Assembly (NCBI RefSeq): GCF_963921235.1
Contig: NC_086097.1
Coordinates: 172,610,001-172,670,000, forward strand
DNA length: 60,000 nt
Origin: Mobula hypostoma
Lineage: Eukaryota
Direction: 5' to 3'
Below are positions 49,960 through 60,000 of this stretch, in pieces (the first letter of the stretch is position 1; every line of letters starts with the position of its first letter). The position numbers and the translations under genes were made by a program. Below the pieces are notes generated by a model. The model was not told the origin of the DNA. It ran no database searches and worked only from the letters and a program-made list of their open reading frames with translations.

Positions 49960-51235
49960 TTCCTGTACCAGACAGTGATGCAGCTGGTCAGGACACTCTT
50001 AATAATATCGACCGGGGGGGGGGGCGGGGGGAGGTGGGGAGTCTAATTCATTTCAATCTCCTTAGGAAGTGGAGATGCTGCTGTGCTTCCTTGACTAAAG
50101 CGATGTTGTTGATGGATTAGGTGAGGTCATCGATTATGTACACTCCAAAAAACATGGTGTTCCTAACTCTCTCCATGCTGTGTATGTGCAGTGAGGAGCT
50201 GTCAGCTTGCATCTTCCTAAAGTCCACAATCACCTCGTTAGTCTCGTCCATGCTGAGAGCCAAGTTGCACCGTTCCACCAGCCACTCTGCCTCCTCTCTG
50301 TATGCTGTCTCGTTTTCATTCTTCTTGCCATCCTAACCGAGATGGCATGCTTCATTTTTTCTTACATCTCAGAATCAGAATCAGGTTTCAGCTGTTCCTG
50401 AATCACTGAGTGTTTGCCTTTAGGCTTCTGTACCACCTTCCTGACAGTCACAATGTGAAGAGGGCATGCCCTAGGTGATGGGGGTCCTGACTAATGTATG
50501 CCACCTTTCTGAGGCACCACTCCTTAGATAATATGGAGGCTAGTACCAAAGATTGAGCTAACTCTTCTTACAACTTTCTGTAGCTTCTTTCAATCCTGTG
50601 CAGTACTAGACGGTGATGCAGCCTGTCAGAATGCTGTCCATAGTACATCCATAGAAGTTTTCAAGTGTTTTAGGTGACAAACCAAATCTCCTCAAACACC
50701 TAATGAAATATAGCCACTGTCTTGCCTTTTTATAACTGCGTCAATATGTTGGGACCAGGTTTGATCCTCAGAGATCTTGACACCCAGGAACTTGAAATCT
50801 CTCCACTTCTGACCCCTCTACGAGGATTGGTTTGTGTTTCCTCATCGTTCTCTTTCTGAGATCCACAATCAGCTCTTTGGTCTTTCTGACGTTGAGTGTA
50901 AGGTTGCTGCTGCAACACCACTCAACTAGCTGGTATATCTCACTCCTGTACGCCCTCTCGTCTCCAACTCAGATTCTGCCAACAACGGTAGCATCATCAG
51001 CAAATGTATAGATGCTGTTTGAGCTGTGCCTAGCCACACGGTCATGGGTATAAAGAAAGCGGAGCAGTGAGCTAAGCACATACCTCTGTAGTATGTCAGT
51101 GTTGATCGTCAGTGAAGAGGAGATATTATTACCACAATCCACACAGATTGTGGTCTTGTGGTTAGGAAGTCGAGGATCCAATTGCAGAGGGAGGTACAGA
51201 GGCCCAAGTTCTGTAGTTTATTGATCAGGACTGTA
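49960..51235 (-). mobile_element. Two adjacent Rex1/Babar fragments
   Basis: YTFADDATVVGRI; the tail 'cagaatcagaatcagg' at ~50370 marks the second copy. Confidence 0.85.
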
Positions 51236-52024
51236 CATCTGCTGAGAGTATACGAATTTCAGCAGAGTACGGTAACAAAGTGGTTACATTACCCGAGCAG
51301 ATTACTGAATCTCACTCTTACAATTGGCTCTAGTTTTGCCAAAAGCCAAAAGCATTTCAGGGATGGAATTAATTTATTTTATCACCTGAGGCTCCGGTGT
51401 TGCTGAAAGTATGCTGAGGGATTCTGGGAAGCTGGAGGACCAGCAAACTAAACCAACCGCATGTAGATCTGGCTAACATAGTGAGGTTATACCCCAGGCT
51501 ATAATTCCATTTAAAGGAACTGGGTCAGACAGTTTCAGAAGAGCAATGAAACTGGTATCAGTTTCAAGGGGAATCTACTCATACAGGCTAATGAATGATC
51601 GGCATGTTCCTGAAATTTCATACCAATTTTAATAGATGTGCCACAGAAAGCATCCTGTGCAGATGGGTCACCGCTTGGTAAGGCAACTGTATTGCTCGTA
51701 ACTACAACAAACTGCAGAGTGTGAACGCAGCCCTGTCCTTCATGCTAACCAGCCACCCCTCCATGGATTCTGTCTACATATTCTGCTGCCTCAGGGAAAG
51801 CATCTGGCATTAGCAAACTCCACTCTTTCAGTCGAAATGAAAGGTCTCAAACTGAAATGCTCATTTCCCTCTACAAATGCTGCCTGATCCACTGAGTTCC
51901 TCCAGAAGCTGTTTTCTTCTATTTGCTCTGCACACATTTCTAGATATGGTTATCTATGCACAATTAATTTCTCATGGGATCATTTACATGGAACATAGGA
52001 CAATACAGCACAGTACAGTCCTTT

Positions 52025-53515
52025 AAATCTTTTTTTTTTTTTTTTTTTAAATCTTTTTATTGAGTAAGTATACAAAAAAGGTAAGCCATATAAACATTAA
52101 TACAATGTTAAAGTACAATAAAATTCCAAAAGATAACAATACCAAAAAGAAAATACTACAAACAATGTAATTTAAGCATAAGAAACCAAGATAACATAAT
52201 AGTATACTAGATTTTATATATATCAATGGAAAAAAAAAAGAAAAAAAAACCCCCAAAAAAAAACCCACCGTGCAACTACCTAAAAGCAAAGCAAAGCAAT
52301 GGGCTAACTTGAAACCAAACAGAGTTAAACTTAAAATCACGTCCTCAATCCCGACCTCCATTAAAACAGTGAAAAAAAAACAAGAAGGGTAAATATTACA
52401 TTAAATGAAAATATCGAATAAAAGGTCCCCAAATCTGTTCAAATTTAAATGAAGAATCATAAAGGTTACTTCTAATTTTCTCCAGATTCAAACATAAAAT
52501 CGTCTGAGAAAACCAAAAAAAGGTAGTTGGAGCATTAAGCTCTTTCCAATGTTGTAAAATACATCTTTTCGCCATTAAAGTAAGAAATGCAATCATTCTA
52601 CGGGCTGAAGGGGAAAGATTACTAGAAATTTTAGGTAGTCCAAAGATAGCAGTAATAGGGTGAGGAGAGATATCTATATTTAATACCTTAGAAATAATAT
52701 TGAAAATATCTCTCCAAAAAGTTTCCAAAGTAGGGCAAGACCAAAACATATGAGTTAAAGAGGCTATCTGCCCCGAACATCTATCACAGAAAGGATTAAT
52801 ATGCGAGTAAAAACGCGCTAACTTATCTTTGGACATATGTGCTCTATGAACCACTTTAAATTGAATTAGGGAATGTTTAGCACAAATAGAGGAAGTATTA
52901 ACTAATTGTAAAATCTGCCCCCAATCATCCACAGAAATGGTAAGCCCCAATTCCTGTTCCCAATCTACCCTAATCTTATCAAATGGAGCTTTCCTAAGTT
53001 TCATAATAATATTATAAATCATAGCCGATGCACCTTTCTGACATGGATTAAGGTTAATTATCGAATCTAAAATATATATAGGAGGAAGCATTGGAAAGGA
53101 AGAAAGTATAGTACTTAGGAAATTTCTAACTTGTAAATATCTAAAAAAATGTATTCTTGATAAGTTATATTTATTAGATAATTGTTCAAAAGACATAAGG
53201 GAACCATCTAAAAATAAATCCAAAAACCGTAAAATACCCTTAGTCTTCCAAGTTTGAAAAGCGCGATCCGTAAAAGAGGGAGGAAAAAATATGTTGCCTA
53301 AAATAGGAATCGCTAACCCGAATTGATTAAGATCAAAAAATTTTCTGAATTGAAACCAAATGCGCAAAGCATATTTAACTATCGGGTTAGAGACCTGCTT
53401 AAGGCGTTTCGAATCAAAAGGAAGAGAGGAACCTAAAATAGAACCAAGTGTATAACCCTGAACAGATTGTAATTCCAATGCTACCCATTTAGGAATAGAT
53501 AGTATGTCCCGGTCA
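52025..53515 (-). mobile_element. 5'-truncated L1-clade LINE, apparently young
   Basis: Uninterrupted ORF2 C-terminus to the stop at 52396 (FFRYLQVR, CDRC...HMFWSC); poly(A) at ~52030-52048; 13-bp TSD AGTACAGTCCTTT at 52012-52024 and 53516-53528. Confidence 0.92.
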
Positions 53516-53544
53516 AGTACAGTCCTTTGGCCCACAATATTGTT

Positions 53545-54045
53545 CAAGTTCATTGTCATTCAGCCATGTACATGTATACTCCAAATGAAACAACATTCTT
53601 CTGGACCAAGGTGCACAGCACAGTACATATAACTTCCATTCAACACATAAAGTAACGTTACCACAAATAAATTAACAATTAATAAAATATACTCCAGAAG
53701 ATTGATATTTAGCATAAGGTGTATTTAAGAGACTAGTTAAAAAGTGAACAGTATAATGCTACTGGTGCCACTTCATATGTGATAAGACCTGAGAGGCGAT
53801 GGAGTCCAGGAGGCTCATGGCCTGGAGGATGAAACTATTTCCCATCCGAATGCTGTGGTATCTCATTGCTGATGGTGAGGGGGCTGCAGTCAAAGAGATT
53901 ATGGGATGGATGGGAAGGATCATCGACAATGTGTACACAGCGCTCCTGATAAATATCTTGGAAAATGATCCTCTCAGCAGTTCTCACAATCCTTTGTAGG
54001 GTCTTGCAGCAATTCACATACCAGGCGATGATGCAGTTGTGCCAT
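53545..54045 (-). mobile_element. Rex1/Babar 3' fragment
   Basis: CIIAWYVNC-KTLQRIVRTAERII...DDPSHPSHNLF. Confidence 0.8.
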
Positions 54046-54747
54046 TGCACCAATGTGCCAACCTTTTTGTCCAAAATCAATCTAATATAGATACATAGCC
54101 CATATAACCCTCCATTTTCCATCTATGTGCCGAGATATGAGACTGTTAAATGCCTCTAATGTTTTTGCCTCTACCATCAACCCTGGCAGTGCATTCCATG
54201 CACTCACCACTCTATGTAAAAACCCTATCATTGTCATCTCCCTTATGCATTCCTCTAATCAACTTAAAATTATGCCCACTTGTATTAGCCATTGCTGCCC
54301 TGGGAAGAAGGGACAGACTGTCTATTCTGTCTAAGTTGCTTATCATCTTATACACCTCCATCAAGTTGTCTTCATCCTCCTTCACTCCAAAGAGAAAAGC
54401 TCTAGTCCTTGGCCCATTTTTATTCCATCCTTCATGGCTACACCAACACAGAGTGATTTTTCCCTTATTTCAAAGTCTTTGATGTTATTGTGCTGCAAAT
54501 CAACTTGACAGCCCCTTCAGATCAAAATAACAAGTTGAATGTGAAACTACAAAGTCTGTGAAAGTCCAAGAAGAATGAAAGAACAGGGCATGTAACCTGA
54601 AACAAAAATGCTAAAACCACTCAGCAGGTCAGACAGCAACCATAGACAGAGAAACAGAGTTAATGTTTTTGGTCAAAAACCATTTGTCAGCTGTTTGCTA
54701 AAAATAATTTCACAGCTGGCATCAAAAAGAGGTTGGTAAATATGTTC

Positions 54748-54875
54748 GCAAATACAAGGAAATCTGCAGATGCTGGAAAGTCAAGCAGCACACACAAAAT
54801 GCTGGTGGAACGCAGCCAGCCAGGCAGAATCTACAGGAAGAAGTACAGTCGACATTTCCGGCCGAGACCCTTGGT
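54748..54875 (-). mobile_element. Penelope-like terminal fragment
   Basis: 'aaatctgcagatgctgg...gtcgacatttccggccgagaccctt'. Confidence 0.75.
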
Positions 54876-54899
54876 CTGATAACATCTTGGTCTGATACC

Positions 54900-55575
54900 A
54901 ATCTGGAAAATTTACAATAAAAAATAAAAACTGAAATGTCAAATTTTAGATAACATTATGTACACATGAATGCACCTAGATTAACACTACCCAGGTCAGG
55001 AGGAAGAGGATTAACAGACATAAAAGATTCACACAATAGTCATATAAAACTGCTAAGGATATACTTTAATCAATGAAAACAGAATTCAGCACTCCAGATA
55101 AGCATATGCAATTCTGATAAGAAGTACACATCACTAAATTTAAAGGAAAGTTCAACTCAGAAAAATGAAGAAATTATCACTCCAGAAGGAAAAGTTAACC
55201 GATGGAAGAGTATTACCCTCCATGGAAGGCATCCCCACAATCTGAGCAAACTAGATGTCAACAAGGAAGTGTTGAATGCCTGGTGCAGAGTTGGGGAACT
55301 CTTTCCAGAAGTATAGGGGTTCCTTGTGGCAATACAGGACCAGGTAGTTAACATTAAAAATGATCAAAAATACAGAATGAAAGTCCAGCAAATTCAAGAC
55401 AGTAAATGCAGAAAATGTCAAAAGAAATCAGAAGCAACCCAACACATTCATGGATCCTACAACAGTTTAACTCAATCTAATTGCTTACATCAACACAATC
55501 AAGTAGCAAAAATCATTCACCAAAATCTTGCTTTAAAATACAAACTCATAAAAGATACCATACTTTACAAAAAGT
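54900..55575 (+). mobile_element. R4/Dong-clade (restriction-like endonuclease) non-LTR fragment
   Basis: RLTLPRSGGRGL, WKSITLHGR, AIQDQVVN, CRKC...E..QHI and HNQVAKIIHQNLA. Confidence 0.78.
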
Positions 55576-56326
55576 GATTATGTTGTCTGCTTTATCAAGG
55601 CAGTGAGAAGTGTAAATATATATTGTCCAACAGTAATTGTCCTTGAGAAGGTGGTAGGAGCTATTTTCACGAACCATTGCAGTGATAGCATCCCACAGTG
55701 CCGGAAGAGAAGGAGTTTCTGGATTTCAAAATAGTGGGGAATTATTTCCAAGTTGGGACATTGTGTGCCTGCAGCTATTGTGCTCATACACTTGCTGTCC
55801 TCTATTGTCAGGTGTAGAAGCGCAGTGGGGTACAGGTATAATGAAATTTGCCTGAAGCAGCATCACAGGTACATAAGTTACAGACAACACGCAGAAAATA
55901 AATTATATATAAAAATACTACACAGTATAAGACCTTGGGGTGCAAAAAAACAAAGATACAATCAAAGATAAGTTCATGGGAGACTATAGTGTTTTTTTGT
56001 TGCAGTACTGTACACATGACAATAACCTCGACTTGACATGAAGAGTTTGTGGGCTTTAGGAGCTACTGTAAGGGTAATTTGAGCAAGTAAATGCAGGCAG
56101 TTTTGCAGATAGTAGGTACCATAGCCATAAAACTCTGGTGTAGGAAAGAATGAATGTTTAGGGTGGTACATGGGATTCCAAGCAAGTCCAGAATGGTGTT
56201 GAGGTTCTTGAGAATTGCTGGTGTTGCACTTAACTTGGCACGTGTACAGTGTTGATAATTAGTCATTGGTAATTTATTTATTATTGTTACATGCACAATG
56301 AAAAATATTGTTTTTGCATGCCATCC

Positions 56327-56547
56327 TGCCGGCTGGTGGCATAGTGGCATCAGCGCCGGACTTCGGAGCGAAGGCTCCCAAGTTCGAATCCAGCCAGCTC
56401 CCTTGGCACACTTTCCATCCGTGCTGGGGTTAAGCGTCGAGCTAGCAACTCGACTTCATAAAAAAGAAATTGCCTGCTACAGAAACATCAACAGCAAAAA
56501 GTTGATGGTCTGTGCTCTCTCGTGGGTTTAAAAGGCAATTTCCTTTC
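56327..56547 (+). mobile_element. tRNA-derived SINE
   Basis: A box TGGCATAGTGG, B box GTTCGAATCC; 10-bp TSD CATGCCATCC at 56317-56326 and 56548-56557. Confidence 0.85.
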
Positions 56548-57224
56548 CATGCCATCCATTTCACAACATCAGTACATTGAAGTAATACAAGGGAAAGCAA
56601 TAACAGAGTGCAGAATAAGATGTTAGAGGTGCAGAGACAGTGCCATGCAGATAGCCGGTAAGGTGCAAAGTCATAATGAGCTAGACTGTGAGATGAAGAC
56701 ACTATCTTATCCTATAAGAGGTTCATTAAATAGCCTTTCGGTCAAACTTTTAGGTCAATGAGTTCCTGAATCGGAAGACTGTGCGAATTGGAGCACATGA
56801 GCAGGTGTGTTCGAGGCCTGGAGTTAGGAATCCCATCATCTGTTAGTCTGTGGGTCCATACCAAAAATCAAAGCCCAAAGGTCAACTGGAGTACCAGAAA
56901 CCTGATGGCCAAAGTCTGAAGACTGGAAGCTAGAAGCCCAGAGCCCTGTCCTTGTGTGTGGGTGGGAGGGAGGAAAGAGCCATGTCTTGCTATTTTTTTT
57001 ATTGCTTGTTGTGATCTGTCTCATGTTCTGTGTTGTTCTGCCAAGCGTTGTGAACATGTTATGTTAGGGCCGGAATGTATGACAACATTTGTGGGCTACC
57101 CAGCACATCCTTAAGTTGTTTTGAGAAGTAGCCAAAATAATCAAAGACCGCACCCTAAACATTCTCTCTTCTGCCCTCTCCTTTTGGGCAAAAGCCGGTA
57201 AGCACATAACACCATCATTGTCCA

Positions 57225-59583
57225 GGACTTCAGTCAGCTTGTTTGAAGAAAACTCTGCCTGATTATTATCGGCAAATCACCTGCAGCACCTGGGGTCCTA
57301 ACATACCCGACCACTGTCTACCATTGCCTAATATTCCATGCCTAAAATACATTTCGGGATATCTGGTCAGCTGGCTGTCCTTCTGCTACCTTCAAACTGG
57401 CAGAAGCTGAAGAGCAAGGCTGCAGAGATAAGGACAACAAAGAAGTGGTTGCAGGAAGCTGAAGAGTGGCAACAGGATTGTTTCGAGTCTGTATACTGGG
57501 CCATATCTAAGTAATCATCAGTGGATATAAACAAAAACAACACAGTTGTCACCAGCTTTATAAAAACAGTTATAGACGAGTGTGTCCCGAAATCATTCAG
57601 AGTCATCCTAATGCAGAAGTAATGATGAACTATGAGATCTGCAATCAACTGAGGGCCAAATCAGTGGCATTCAGGTCTGGCAACCAAGTTAAATACAAAA
57701 GGTCCAGGTACAATCGCGAGGAACCCAACTCACGTGCAAAGTGGCAAATCCAGACCAAACTTGAATCACAGGAGGATGTTCAACAGCTGTGGCATGGCTT
57801 GAATGTTATCACCTCCTACAAAGTGAAACCAAGTGACATAATTGGCACTACAGCTTCGCTCTCAGATTAGCTCAATGTCTTTTATGCTCAATTTGATCAT
57901 CAAACCATGGAGGCACCATCACGAACTTCCACATCTCGCACAGCCTCTGTGATTTCAGTCTCTGAGGCCAACTTGAGAGCATCTTTCAGGAGGGTGAACC
58001 CACGGAAAGCACTCAGCCCAGACGGGGTACCTGGCCAAATACAAAAGACCCATTTTGATCAACTGAGTGTTCACTGATATTACTAACCTCTCACTTCAGC
58101 AGTCTGAATTATCTACCTACTTCAAGCAGGCTTCAATTTTACCGGTGCCTAAGAAGAACATGGTAACATTTCTCAATCATTGTCGTCCAGTGGCACTTAC
58201 TTCCACTGAGATGAAGCGCATTGAGACGTTAGTGATGGAAAATATCAAATCCTGCCTGAGGACAGACTTGGATCCCCTCCAATTTGCCTGCCAGCATAGC
58301 AGGTCAACTGCAGAAGCCATTTTATTGGCTCTTCACTCAGTCCTGGAACATCAGGTCAGTGAAAGCACATACATCAGGATGCTCTTCATTGACTATGGCT
58401 CAGCATTGAATATTATCATCCCCTCAATACTAATCAATAAGCTTCAAGTCCTAGGTCTCAGTACCTCCTTTTGCAATTGGATCTTTGACTTCCTCACTTG
58501 CAGATCCCAGTCAGTGTGAATTGTCAACAACATCTCCTCCATGATCTCCCTCAGTACAGGTGCACCACAAGACTATATGCTTCACTCCCCTGCTCGACCC
58601 GCTTTACACTTATAACTGTAGGGCTAAGCACAGCTCCAATGCCATATTTAAGTTTGCTAACAACACCACTGTTGTTTGCCATATCAAGGGTGGTAATGAA
58701 TCAGTATATAGGAGGGAGATTGGAAATCTGGCTGAGTGGTGTCACAACAACAACCTCTCACTCAATGCCAGCAACACCAAGGAGCTGGTTATTGACCACA
58801 GGAGGAGGAAACCGAAAGTCCATGACTCAGTCCTCATCAGAAGATCAGGGATGGAGAAGGTCTGTAACTTTAAATTCTTCAGTGTTATCATTTCAGAGGA
58901 TCTGTCCTGCTAACATTCTTAGAAGTCTGCAAAAATTTGGCATGTCATTTAAAACTTTGACAACTTTCTGTAGATGTGTGGTGGAGAGAGTATTGACTGG
59001 TTGTGTAACATCTGGTATGGGAACTCCAATGCCCTTGTATGGAAAAGCCTACTAAACGTAGTGGATACAGCCCAGTCCATCACAGGTAAAGCCCTCCCCA
59101 CCATTCAACACATCTACATGGAGCACTGTTGCAGAAAAGCATCATCCATCATCAAGGACCTCCCACCATCCATACCATGCTCTCTTCTCACTGCTGCCAT
59201 CAGAAAGTGCCCCAGGGTCTGCACTAACGGGTTCAGGAACAGTTTCACCCCTCAACCATTGGGTTCTTGAACCAGGGGGGATAACTTCACTCAACTTCAC
59301 TTGCCCTATCACAGAACTGGATTCACTTTCAAGGATTCTTCATCTCACGTTCTCAATATTTATCGCTTATATATTGATTATTATAATTTTTTTCTCTCTT
59401 TGTTTTTGTATTTGCACAGTTTGTTGTTTTATTTTGCACATTGGTTTTTGTCCGCCCTATTGGATGTGGTCTTTCACTGATTATATTGTGTTTCTTGTAT
59501 TTATTGTGATTGCCCACAAGAAAATGAATCTCATGGTTATACAAATATGTACTTTGGTAATAAGTTTATTTTGAACTTTTGAA
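57225..59583 (+). mobile_element. Rex1/Babar LINE (end of APE, RT, 3' UTR), decayed
   Basis: ILPVPKKN, RPVALTS, LDPLQFA, FIDYGSALN and FKFANNTTVV; tail 'taataagtttattttgaactttt'. Confidence 0.92.
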
Positions 59584-60000
59584 ACAGGCTCAAGGACAGT
59601 GTCTATACCACTATAATAAAAGTATTGAATGGTCTCCTCAGACAATTAACTGGACTCGTGTCCTCATGATCAACCTCATCATTGTTTGCCTGCACTGCAC
59701 TTTCTCCATAACTGTAACACTTTTATCCTGCATTTTGTTATTGTTTTAACTTGTATTACCTCAATGCACTGTTGCAGTAAATTGATCTGTATGAAAATTA
59801 TGCAAGACAAGTTGTTCACCATGTCTCTGTATGTGTCAAAAACAAACCAATTTAGCAATTACCAGTTTAATTTGTCCTATCCTCTTGGGTTCTGATAGAG
59901 GCTGCAAAGAATGAATGCAAACATATTCTTGACTTCTGAGTGTAGCGTTGTCCCTTTATGAACAAACAAAATATTAGTTTCTCTTTGCAACATATTCTGC

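Larger units (their letters stand above)
46790..49960 (+). mobile_element. Cluster of Rex1/Babar LINE fragments (at least two copies, with deletions)
   Basis: LLPAYRQRLK, WDCFESVNW, LRSDLDPLQFAY, FIDYSSAFN and LYFLRSLRRF; tail at ~49940-49960. Confidence 0.88.

Noticed and set aside
52047..52361. Hydrophobic 104-aa membrane-protein-like ORF
   Set aside because: It is the T-rich L1 3' UTR read through to the poly(A).
56327..56400. tRNA gene
   Set aside because: It has A and B boxes, but continues into a SINE body bounded by a TSD, and I could not form a convincing cloverleaf.
1..60000. CRISPR array, prokaryotic operon or defence system
   Set aside because: There are no regularly spaced repeat-spacer units or gene-dense operons; the recurring sequences are dispersed vertebrate retroelements.

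Overview
This is eukaryotic, repeat-saturated vertebrate DNA. The repeat set (CR1, Rex1/Babar LINEs, V-SINE/HE1, DeuSINE- and LF-SINE-like elements, Penelope-like elements) suggests a cartilaginous fish, probably a ray; that assignment is an inference. I found no convincing host protein-coding exon, and essentially every long ORF is transposon-derived. Main contents: (1) A complete-ended but internally deleted endogenous retrovirus at 29285-34533, with two LTRs, a 5-bp TSD (ATTGC), a tRNA-Leu-like PBS, a PPT, gag with zinc knuckles, protease, RNase H and integrase. It lacks the RT polymerase domain and any recognisable env. (2) A related solo LTR at 1131-1671 (minus strand, TSD AAGTC). (3) A PIF/Harbinger element at 5549-10810 (TSD TTA) carrying a near-full-length CR1. 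(4) Penelope-like pieces with a GIY-YIG domain, plus many termini with hammerhead-ribozyme motifs, often arranged as palindromes. (5) An apparently young 5'-truncated L1, an R4/Dong fragment, a mariner MITE and a tRNA-derived SINE with a TSD. Boundaries backed by a TSD or TIR are exact; the others are approximate.
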